Positions 23,130 to 34,224 of a DNA stretch of 64,000 nt are shown in pieces. The first letter of the stretch is position 1, and the number at the start of each line of letters is the position of its first letter. The stretch is from Guillardia theta CCMP2712. Its lineage: Eukaryota > Protista > Cryptophyta. The position numbers and the translations under genes were made by a program. The stretch covers positions 46,107 through 110,106 of the forward strand of contig NW_005434638.1 in assembly GCF_000315625.1 (NCBI RefSeq), given 5' to 3'. The notes below the pieces were generated by a model that saw nothing but the letters and a program-made list of their open reading frames with translations, did no database searches and was not told the origin of the DNA.

Positions 23130-25178
23130 TTAGAAGGGCGGGAAATGCGCTTTATACCAGACGAAGATCTTGCGCTGCAGCGGTTCGACGATGGCAAGGA
23201 AGAAGGAGAAGGAAGGATTGGCGTGCTGCATTAAATGTCAATGTATGATGCTACGAAAGACCATGACGATGATGAGGGTGTTGTCGTCCTTGTTTGATGA
23301 TTACGATGACGACGAGGATGTTGGCTGTGGTTGTGGTTATGATATTGGTTGATGATGATGATCATGATGATGATGATGATGATATAGTTGTGGTTGTGGT
23401 TGATGTTGTTGTTGAACATGATGATGTACTGTTGGTAGTGATGGTGTTACCGAGGGGAAGAGCTCGAAGTCTGCGTCGACTTTTGTGATCTGCAGGATAG
23501 TCATACAACGGAGGAGGAGGGGAAAGACAACAAGATAGGGGATGGAAGTCACTTGCAGCTTGTGCGTCTGACTCTTCGAAACTTTTACCTTCCATGTTGT
23601 CAGGCAAGAAGTCGAAAGATAAATCTCCTCCTCCTCCTCCTCCTCCTCCTCCTCCTCCTCCTCCTCCTCCTCCTCCTCCTCCTCCTCCTCCTTGTGTTGC
23701 AGCTCTCCACTTCCTCATTCCCTCTGCCCCCCGTCCTCGTCCTTCCCGTACTTGCTCTATCCTACCCTCCGCCCGTCTCTCCTACCAGATCTTTGTACAT
23801 GTCCTTGGTAACATCCATGTACGCGTCAATGCTGTCTTCGAACTGACACGTTCCTCCTCCAACCACTAGTGCCTTGAAGATATGGAAGATCAGCTCCTTC
23901 CTCTCTTCTTCTGAGAACTCCTGCGAACGCTTCTCAACCCTGTACGAGAGGACGACGAAGAGGAAGACGAGGACAAGGGGAAGGAGGATCAACCTCGTAG
24001 TGGTCACTCTCTTCCTGTACCAGCAGCTTGTGTAGCTCGTCGGAGAGAACAAGGTCGTCGACAAACTCGTCGAAACATTTCACAAGAGCTCCGTTCTCCC
24101 GCACAACAGGAGGGTCCTCTGTGCAAGAAGAAGTCACGAAAGATCTGATAGCATCAGCTAGCACTACTAAACTATGAGAGCACTGAAAAAATCAAAAACT
24201 CATGCTCCCTTCCTCCCGCCCTGCCACCTCCTCACCTTCACAGCTCTTTCTTCCCTCTCATCTCCTTCTTCCTTCGCTCGTCTCCTCTCCTCTCCCCTCC
24301 CCTCGTCTCCCCTCCCCTCCCCTCGTCTCCCCTCCCCTCCCCTCCCCTCCCCTCCCCTCGGTCTCTCACCAATCTGCATCAGCTTGTCAAAGAACTCCAT
24401 GTTGGTCACACTGCTGGCCAGCTCCTCCACCTCGACCCTCCTGACCGGCCCAACTCTTCTCCACGAGTCTCTGCCGGAGGAAACGCTGAGAGAGCTTTGC
24501 ACCTTCACACGAGATGTGATGAGTTGACAGGACAGGACAGGACAGGAAAGAGGACAGGACAGGACAGGACAGGACAGGACAGAGGACAGGACAGGACAGA
24601 GGACAGAGGACAGGACAGGACAGAGGACAGGACAGAGGACAGGACAGGACAAAAAGTTGGTGTTTTTCTACCGTCTTTGAAGCAAAAAAATCTCTGAAGA
24701 AGACTTGAGACTGGTGCTTGGAGAAGAACTCGTCGAAGCTGAAGGCTCGCAGGTACGAACAGTCCTCAAACCCCCACTTGGTCCAGAGCTCCTGCAATGC
24801 CTGTTGACTGAAGGGAGGGAGGGAGGGAGGGAGGGATGGGGTGGGGAGGGAGGGAGGGAGAGAGAGAGAGATAGAGAGATAGAGAGATAGAGAGATAGAG
24901 AGATCGANNNNNNNNNNNNNNNNNNNNNNNNNNNNNNNNNNNNNNNNNNNNNNNNNNNNNNNNNNNNNNNNNNNNNNNNNNNNNNNNNNNNNNNNNNNNN
25001 NNNNNNNAGTCAAGGGAGATAGGGTGGAGAGGGAGAGAGGGGAGGGAGGGAGGAGGTAAGGACTGCTAACCTTCTTCTTCGGATCGTTGAGGATTTGAGG
25101 CTTGAAATCCACCTCCTCAAACTGGAAACTCCCTGAAGTCTCTTCCTCCACCTGATCGCTGGAGATGTGCATGGCCAT
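23130..25178 (-). CDS. CFAP300: Cilia/flagella dynein-arm assembly factor CFAP300 (C11orf70), multi-exon
   Basis: LWTKWG...AFSFDEFF...FFRDFF; MEFFDKL; VVRENGALVKCFDEF...SDELHKLL; FSEEERKELIFHIFKALVVGGGTCQFEDSIDAYMDVTKDMYKDLV; final exon ...IVEPLQRKIFVWYKAHFPPF*. Confidence 0.85.
24527..24650. repeat. (GGACA)n/(GGACAGA)n microsatellite in a CFAP300 intron
   Basis: Directly visible. Confidence 0.95.
24908..25007. other. Assembly gap (100 N)
   Basis: N run. Confidence 1.
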
Positions 25179-25489
25179 GATTCCTCTCTAAGGATAGGAC
25201 CTGCTGACACTGGGCAGGCAAAACTTCAGCATGCTCACAGGGCAAGTGTGGTGAACCCTGTCCCTCCCGCTCCTCCTGCTCCTCCTGCTTCTCCTGCTCC
25301 TCCTGCTCCCCCTGCTCCCCCTGCTCCCCCTGCTCCCCCCGCTCCTCCACCTCCTTCCGAAATGCGTTGGAACTTTTCGCAAGGTGAACACTGGATCACC
25401 CTACCCTACTTCATACAATTTCCTTTAGAAGTATTTTCGAGGCAAACACGGGGTAGGGTCTCTAGACGAAGGAACTGTTCCTTCTGTCG

Positions 25490-26459
25490 ATGTCCCAAAT
25501 CCTCCTCCTCCTCCTCCTCCTCCCCGCCTCCTCCCTCACCTTCTCCGTTCCCGCTACCTCCTCTCTCTCCCTCGCTCGCTCCTCTCCCTTCCTCTCCCCT
25601 GCTTGTTCCCCTCGAAGTCCTGTAGGCCTTCCCCGCTCCTCTGTACACGTTCGCACAAGGCTTCCATCTCCTCTGTCCCTGTCTGCCATGGCGACCGAGG
25701 CCGAGCTCGTGAAACAAGTTTGGTCCGACGCCAAGACCATCGCAGTCGTAGGAGCGACGAACAAGGAGACCATGCCCGTCTATGGCGTCATGAAGTTTCT
25801 GCAAGCTGAGGTGACCTCCCCTACCATCCTTCCCTACCATCCTTCCCTAGTATCCTCCCATCTGCTGCTTTCTTCCCCTCCCCATCCCCTCTCATCCCAT
25901 CCCATCCCATCCCATCCGCTCCACACCTTCTACCCTCTCCTCCTCTCAACTCTCCCTCTGTCCACCCAGATCTGCTCCCCTCTCAAGCTCTCTCCCCTCC
26001 TCTCCTCTACCATGTCTCATGCACTATCCTCGTAGGGCTACCGCTGCATCCCGGTCAATCCGGGGGCTGCTCAACGCGGCGAGGAGGTGATGGGACAGAA
26101 GACGTACGCGAGTGTCAGCGACATAGAGGAGCATGTCGACATCGTTGACATCTTCTTGCGCTCCGACAGGTAGCCAGTCACCCGGTCCAGCTCCTTCTTG
26201 TCCTGCTCCCCCCCACCCCCTCCTCCCCTGCTGCCGCCACCTCCTCCTCCTCCCCAGCTGACATCCAGCTTGCAGGATCGCTCCCGTGTTCGAGGACGCG
26301 GTGAAAAAGGGGGTGAAGACGATCTGGACGCAGATCGGGGTGGAGGACGAGGAGGCCGCGGCAGCGGCGAGAGGCCGCGGCGTCAACGTCATCATGAACC
26401 GATGCCCGGCGATCGACATCCCGTCCATGGCGATCCCCACCCCAAGGAGCCGCATGTGA
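25490..26459 (+). CDS. YccU-like CoA-binding protein with bipartite plastid-targeting presequence (3 exons)
   Basis: KTIAVVGATNK...VMKFLQAE|GYRCIPVNP...VDIVDIFLRSDR|IAPVFEDAVKKGVKTIWTQIG...VIMNRCPAID. Signal peptide ends SLT-F, followed by an S/R-rich transit peptide. Confidence 0.9.
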
Positions 26460-26527
26460 GCGACAGGAGGAGGAGGAGGAGGAGGAATGTATGGAGCAAG
26501 GTGCACAAGCATTCTAAAACTTCATTG

Positions 26528-27271
26528 CTACTTCAGCCTCTCTACTCCTTTCCCCTTCCCTCGTTCCCTTCCTGTCTCGTAAAACTTCCCCGAGGCCAGC
26601 AGGGGATGCTCGAGCCGGTGCGCGTGCGCGAGCTCCTGCAGGAGAGAGCTGGCGAGGAGGGGATGGAGCTGGAACAAGATCCGCTTGCACCGGGCGGCGT
26701 CGGTCTTGAGCTGATCCAGCATCGTCCACTCCTGCGGGAGCCTCTTGTGGAGCAGCAACGATGACTTGTCGAGCTCCTCCCGCAGCACGTCCATCCTCTT
26801 GCCCCCCTCCCTCCTCCAGCGGTTCCAGTTCGTCACCTGACCTCCTTCTCCTCCTCTCCCTCCTCCCCCTGCCTCTCCTCCGCTTCCTCCTCCTCCATCT
26901 GCTCCTCCTCCTCCTGCATCTCCTTCCAGCTTCCCAGCCTCCAACATGGCGATCGCCGACTTCATCCGCTGAAAATGCTGCAAGCACAGGATCCTATCCT
27001 CCTCCTCCTCCTCCCGCTCCTTCTTCGCATCTAGCCCCTTCTCCCTCCTCCTCCCTCCTCCTACCCCCCTGCCCCTGAGGAAGAGCAGCCTGGTATTCAG
27101 CTCATGGCAGACTCGCTCCTCCTCCCATCGAGCATGCCGGCCCTCGCAGGTCAGCTCGAATCTCACCCTCCCCTCCGGCATGATGCCGTTGTGAAGGAGT
27201 TTCTCTGCCTCGCGGCTCCTCGTGAGCACAAGTGGGATATGACGTTGCTCGCCAGCTAGAAACAAGTGAGT

Positions 27272-27315
<44 letters not shown>

Positions 27316-30300
27316 AGAGGACGAGGAGAAAGATGAGAAACATCAGGAGGGGGAAGGAGGAGGAGGGATAGGAGGGAGAGGACGAGGACGGAGGAGGATG
27401 AGGCAAAGGATGAGAACGATCAAGAAGAAATTCAGGAGGAGGGGGAGGAGGAGGAGGAGCTAAATACCTGACAGATGCCCGAGGTCGATCCTCACTCGCC
27501 TCCCTCCCTCCTCCTCGCAGGAGAACCCGAGCGGCATACCCGAGCAAGATACCATCAGCGCCGCCTCCTCCGTCGAGACGGTCAACGAGACGTTGCATGC
27601 TCTGACATGCATCATCCTTCTCCACACGCTCCTCACCGCCTGCTCCGCCTGCTCTCCTCCTTGGACGACCTGCCGCAGTCCTCCGGTGAGCAGGGCAAGC
27701 TCCTCCATGCTGGACAGGAAGTCGATGGGCTCGTTGGCGTCGCTGACGCGGGGAAGGGAGACGATGGGCCACAGCTGTGTGGAGCCGCGAAGGAGGAGGT
27801 TCTCGCGGAGAGGAGGGGAGGAGAGGAGCATGTGAGAAGACGGGGGGGAGTCGCCGTGGTTGACTCCGGTGAGCAGGAGGATCCATCGGACGGGGCAGGA
27901 GGAGGAGGAGGAGGAGGAGGAGGAGGGAGGGAGGGTGAGATAGTCTTCTGCTGCAGGAGGATTGAGAATTCTGAAGGCTTCCATGATGGCTTGAGCGAGA
28001 GGAGAGGAGGACCGTCCTTGCCCCTTCCTCCTTGCACGGTCGATGGCCTTGACCAGCTGACCGAGTAGCTGAGACTTGTTGGTCCCGCTGGCCTGCGGGG
28101 AAGTGAGAGAAGAGATGGGATGATGAGTGGTCACTGGCTAGGGCAGGAGAAGGAAGACGGGAGGGGAGAGGAGAGGAGGAGAGGCAGAGGATGTGGCGAG
28201 AAAGGAGAGGGTAGCGAAGAAGGGGGAGAGGAAGAGGAAGAGGAGGGGAGAGTAGAGCGGAGGAGGGGAAAGGGGGGAGGGGAGGGGAGCAAGAAAGGGG
28301 GCAAGTGGGAGGTAGGCAGGCCATGCGAGGCACACAAAGGGCAGGAAAAGAAGCCGGGGGAGCGCAGTGGGGAGGAGGATGAGCTGGAGCAGGGGAACAG
28401 GATCGCTCTATCACCTGCATCGGGAGGATGTGAACCCTAGAGGCATCGGAGGAAGAGATGATTCCGATCGCGTGTTCCTCTTCTATCTCCTCCACCAGCT
28501 CCTCGCTCAGCCGCTCCAGCGCGTCCAACGCGTCCCCGGAGAAGCTCCAGTCAATGACGATGATCACAGCGACGGAAAGGGAGCGAGGAGGGAGAGGAGG
28601 AGGAGGTTGCCTGCTGATCCCGACGCAGGCGCACACGCATACGTCTCCTCCCTCCTCCAGGGTGTGCGCGACCCGAAGGCTGACTGACTTGCTGCTGCCT
28701 CTTGCACCACAAGACGGCAGCCCTCCCCTTGCCTTCCCCTCCTCCTCCTCCGCCTCCTCCTCCAGCTCGATCTGAGGAGGATGAAGCTCGTGGTAGACTC
28801 GGATGGTCTCGGAGAGGACCTGAGGCGCTAGGGAAATCTCCTCCTCCGCCTCCTCCTCCTCCAGCTCCACGAGGGGAGGGAGCAGCTGCCCACTGCCCGC
28901 CGAGAAATCCTGGAAGGAGGAGGCAAGAGCATGTCGTAGCCTCGAGCCCTTCCTTCCCTTCCCCTTCCCCTTCCTCCCCGTCCTCTTGCTCTGCTCATCC
29001 TTCTCGTCCTCGTCCTCGTCCTCGTCCTCTCCCTCCTCCCGACTGAGAGATATCGCTGGATTCCGCCACGCTGCCCCGCTCGTCACCTCTACCCAGGACC
29101 GCAGAGGATACTCTTCCTCTCGCTCGCTCCTCCTCCACATGGCGACGCTGCCGACCAACCCCTCCCGTAGGTACTGCAAGGACCAGACCTGCATCCTGCT
29201 GTCGAAGGAGAGCACCGACCCTCCTCCTCTCCTGTCGTACAGCGGAGGGCCGAGGGCGCACCTCCTCCTGTACTGACCCAGAACGCTAGGATGGAACATG
29301 CTCTGACCGGACAGAACCAGCTCTCTCGGAAACCTGTCGGGGTCTGCTGGGAGGGAGCTGGCGGAGATTGAGCTGAGAGACTCTGCAAGGAACACCGTCT
29401 CCTCCTCCTCCTCCTGCGATGGGAGTGAGGGACTGGTCGATTGGCTAGTTCCCTGCGCACTCCCGAGCTCCTCCGCAGCCCTCTCATCCTCCACGTTCTC
29501 GCGTTTTGGCAGCAAGTTTCTTCCGCTGGCAAGTTGTTGGACGAGCCGACGATGTGCTTGATCGGATCGCTTCCTCTCCTCCTCCTCCTCGTTCACAACC
29601 TCTTCCTCCTTCTCCTCCTCCTGCCCCTCCTCTGCCAGCACCAGCAGCTTCGTCGCCAATCCTTGAGCAGTGCAAGGGGAAACTGACATGTTAAGAGAGG
29701 AAACAGGAGTAGAAGAAAGGGAGAGCGCCGTCCTCCCTGCCCTTTCTGATGCTCTTCTCGATCTCCCCCTCTCCTCCTCCTCCTCCTCCTCCTTCCTCTG
29801 CCCCTCCTGCTCCTGCCCCTGCTGTTCCTCCTCGTTGAAACAGAGAGCGTCGGCCCAACTTCTTGACAGTTTCCCACCACTTGAAGCGGCAGACATTTCT
29901 GACTGCAGGTCCTCCGACCTTGCCTGTTGATCGTTTTCCTCCCTCTCCCTCTCCCTCTCCCTCTCCCTCTCCCTCTCATCCTCTCCCTCGTCCTCCTGCT
30001 CCTCTTTCATAACTTTCTCTTCCTTGTCTTTTGTTCTTCTCTCAGCCTCGGGATCCAAACTTTCATCCTCCACAACCGCCTTCCCTTCTCCTTCCTGGCC
30101 ATGTCCGATGAACAAATCAGTGCTGACTGACATCTCGGAGCATCTTTTTTCGCCTCTTTCCCTTCTTGCTGACTTCTCCTCCTCATCCTCCGCTTTCTCT
30201 TCTTTCCCATTTTCTCGCAAATTTCTCGGAATCGTCGGTGGGTCACTTTCCACCTCCGGCAGCCGGACGATGACATTGGGAGTTTGGGCATCCCTGCCAA

Positions 30301-32358
30301 TCTTGATCTGTACTTTTGGATTTGTCTCATGAAATTCCGATATGGGAGAGTAGAAGTCTTCCCCGGAGGACGAAATTGACCGTGCATCACGTTCCGCATC
30401 AGAGGCAACGGGGCGAGGAATCGAGTTGTCATCCCGTAGAAACGAGGAGGAGGAGAGAAACGAAGAGGACAAGAAGGAGGCGGAGGAGGCGGAGGAGGCG
30501 GAGGAGGCTGAGGAGGAGGGCTCAACAGACTTCTTTGACAGGATGTCGTCCTTCCTTCCCACCATGGAGTACAAGTCATCAAAGAAACCATCGGGTGACT
30601 CCGACTGTCTGTCTTCCTCCTCGTGAAAGCTCTTGAACACTCGCTCAAGCGCCCTGGTCCTTGCTTCCAGAGTCAACATCTTCCTCCCCTCCGCCTCGTC
30701 CTCTGACCCTTCCGCTGCTCCTCCTCCTCGCCCCTTGTCAGCTCCTCTAGACCGCAGGGACGGCAGCAGGCGAACGATCTGAGTGATAGCATCCACACGT
30801 TCCTCCTCCCTTTCCTCTTCCTCCTGTTCCTCCCCCTGCCCTCTTGGACCCGCCGAGTCTGCAACAGGATCACCTGTCTCCCTTGTCCCTTGTTCTCCTC
30901 CTCCTCCTCTGCTTCGCCCCCCAAGGTCCCCCTCCCCCTTCGCTCGCCCTTCGTGACCTCGGTTGGCGTCCGCCCTGCTGTCTCCTGCTCCTTCCCGTCC
31001 CCCTCCTCCTCCACCTCCTCCCGAACTTTCTCCACTTCCTCTCCTGTCGAGCTTCAAAATCCCTCGCTGTCCTCTGATGACTTTCATACTCCCCTCGGCG
31101 TCTGAGACTATTCCAACCTTGACTCCACCTGATGCTCCTGCTGCTGCTACTGCCGCTGCCGCTGATACCAATTCTGATCCCCCTCCTCCTCCTCCTCCTC
31201 CTCCTCCTCCTCCTCCTCCTCCCCTTCCCCTCGTCCTTCTTTCCTCGGGCTCTGTTCTTCCGAATTTCTTCTCATTCCCGTCCTCTTGATTTCTTCTTGA
31301 CTTCGTTTGATTTTCACTCCGCTCTCTGCTCCACCACCACCTCCTCCTCCTCCTCCTCCTCCACTTTCGTCGCTCCTCATGCTCCCCCGCACATTTCTCA
31401 CGACCTCTGTGCTCGCCGATGGGTTTGTGACTGGTCCGACACTGAGGCTTCCTTCTGCTCTGCCTCCTGCTCCAACACTAGCAACTCCTCCGCCCCTGCC
31501 TCCTCCTCCCAATCCTCCTCCTCCGCCTCCTCGGGACTGTAGTTCTGCATGGCCGCTCAAACTGCTTTGTCCTCGCATCTCTTCATCCGCAATTTCGTGG
31601 TCCTCCTTCAGCCCTTGCCTTCTGTCGTCGTACCTCCCCAACCTTGCGATACATCCATTCGGTCTCCCAACGTTCTCCGTTCCATCTACGTCTCCATTGA
31701 CTGGCATCGTCCTTTCTCGACCTTCTCCAGGGGACTTCAGCACTCGCCCAGCACTTGCCCATCTCGCCTTCTCTGCGTCGACCACGGTATCCATGCTCCC
31801 TCCTGCTCTCTCGACGCTGCTCTGTCCAGTATGGTTGCCCACAGCTACCTTTTGGTTCGTCGGAGCCTCCTCGTTCGCATGCGTCCTGGTGTCGAACAGC
31901 TTTTCTCGATCTCGTCTCAACTTGAGCGCTTCTCGTAGCACTCTGCTCACATGCCGATCTCTGTTCTTGTCGATCCCGAGCACGTCACTCACTCTCAGTC
32001 TCTGCGGGCAGTACAGCTCTTCCTGTTGTGCGACTGCAAACCTGAACTCCCTCTCGTTCCGAAGTTTCAGCGCATCTCCCAGCAGGGAGCCAGCAGGTGG
32101 TCGATGCTCCTGCTGCTGCATGTGGTCCTTCTCACCTGGCATTCTCGCATGACGTGAACTGGAATCAGAAACTTTGGAAGATGATTCGGAGGAAGTCGGG
32201 GAGAGGATGAAAGGCAGACGAGAATCATGGCTCCACCATCCTGCTGCTCTCTTCTTCTCCTCCTCCTCCATGTCCTTGTCCTTGTCCTTGTCCCCCTCTT
32301 CACCCTCCCGCATCTCGCGGCACAAATTTGCCATTCGCCTTGCCTCCCCCGCAACCAT
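26528..32358 (-). CDS. Large low-complexity acidic protein with a degenerate vWA-like domain
   Basis: Long ORFs 32394-31147 and 31171-26528. vWA-like segments VIIVIDWSFS, IGIISS, LAQAIMEAFRIL, WILLLTG and MEELALLTGG are split by CT-rich introns. Confidence 0.5.
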
Positions 32359-32720
32359 GTTGACCCGTGGGGCCCACATCCCCGCAGTGACCAAAATTTA
32401 ACGGCAACTTCCTGGGTAAAGTTCAGTCCTGGGAACTTCCGGGCAACCGTTGAACCGTACTGTACGGAGTCTACCGTACTAGCGGCCTCCGCCGATGCCA
32501 TGACACCCCGGTGCGGCATGGGCCTCGGGCCGCCGGCGGGGCGGCCGCGACTGACTCTGAGGTAGCCGGCACCGTGCCACGGTGTTTAATGGGACTCAGT
32601 GTCAGTGCCAGTGTGATCGGACCGGCCGGGCGGTCATAACGCACTCACTGCGCCTGTGCGTTCAGCGGCGAGTACGGTCATGGCTCTGCTCAGTTACGGC
32701 CGGGCGGAGGCGACGCCGGC

Positions 32721-32762
32721 CCCCCCAGCTGACGGCACTGCCCCCCAGCTGACGGCACTGCC
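32721..32762. repeat. Perfect 20-nt tandem duplication CCCCCCAGCTGACGGCACTG x2
   Basis: Directly visible in a divergent intergenic region. Confidence 0.9.
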
Positions 32763-32919
32763 AGTAAGCAGCCCGGTAATACGACGGTAGTCCGTTACTA
32801 ATGTAACGTCATGAAAGTTTACGTAGCAACATGAAAGTTGACTTCTAAGATTCATTAATAGATAAACGCCACGAATCTATCTACCTCCTGACGCCCTGCA
32901 TGAACGGAGAGAGGCTTTC

Positions 32920-33971
32920 GTGCGTAGACCCTCCCTTCAGGACGACTGCCCCGTCTTCCTTGACCTTGCCTCCCACCATAACATCCTCATGCCTAAGGAC
33001 ATCGACCGCTGCGGATCCTTCGCCATCCCTCGATCCTCCCTCATCTTCGGTGACGTCCTAGGTGAGGGATCCTGCGGGGAGGTCAGGAGCGCCCTCTACA
33101 ACGGCAGGCAGGTCGCCGTCAAGACCCTTTGCTCCAAGCTCGACGCCCGGTCCAAGGAGGCCAAGGACCTGCTCAAGGAGATCGGCATGATGAGCCACGC
33201 TTTCCGGCACAAGAACGTGATAGAGTTCTTCGGCATCTACGAGCACGACGGGCTGCCGTGGCTGGTGATGGAGCTGATGCCGGGGGGAGCCTGGAGCAGT
33301 ACTACGAGGCCAAGAAGAAGTCACGACGGGACGGGCGCTGGCGGCCCAAGACGAGGAGGGCAGTGTCGTGGGTGGAGGACATCCTGAGCGCGCTGGCGTA
33401 CCTGCACTCACAGAAGCCGCCGGTGATCCACCGAGACATCAAGCCAGCCAACATGCTGCTGACGGGGGACGGGAGGACGGTGAAGATCGGGGACTTCGGG
33501 CTCAGCCGCATGGGTCCGCTGAGCCCGGCCAAGGCGCCGCTGACACCGGGAGGAGGCAGGGGGTCTTGCGGCTCCTTGTGGGATGAGTCGCCCATGTCGA
33601 CGGAGCTGACAGGCATAACGGGGACTTACCGGTACATGGCGCCAGAAATCTTCCGGGGAGAGGGTCAGTACACGGCGGCGGTGGACGTGTACTCTTTCTC
33701 GCTGGTGATGTGGTACATCTTCGCCGGGGAGCATCCCTTCTGCAACACCGACGGTATTTCTGTAGCCAGCATGGCAGCCAAGTACAACTTCCGTCCGGCA
33801 GTGCTGAGCGAACGGACGATGCCGAGGGAGCTACAGGTGATGATGAGGCGATCATGGGCGGAGGAAGGGAAGGATAGGCCGGGGGCAGCGGAGCTTCTAG
33901 AAGAGATCGCGAGATGGCGAGGTAGGTGGGGTGGGTGCATGAGAGTTGGTACAGTTCTCCAATGGGGATGA
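32920..33971 (+). pseudogene. Tyrosine-kinase-like (TKL) protein kinase with a frameshift in a G run at about 33282-33287 (pseudogene or sequencing indel)
   Basis: GEGSCGEV, VAVK and LVMELMPGG lie in one frame; SLEQYY, HRDIKPAN, DFG, GTYRYMAPE and DVYSF lie in the next. Inserting one G restores the frame. Confidence 0.8.
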
Positions 33972-34224
33972 TGCTTTGCAAGTAAAAAGGTCTTAAGTTA
34001 TCGGTCACATCCCATGCTAGTCTGAGACAGGCCCTGCCGCCTCCAGTGATGCCAACTTGAGTGGTCGACGAACTCCTGGCGGCCCCAGCCTGCTGGAGGC
34101 GGCAGTCACGTCAGAAGCCTTAACTGGCCGGGCATCATGCCCGGCCGCCAATTGACCCGGCGCCTCACCCCCAGCCTGGCTCATCCCCGCTCAGTCCCAC
34201 CTCGCTGCTGGGTAGGTCGGGATC

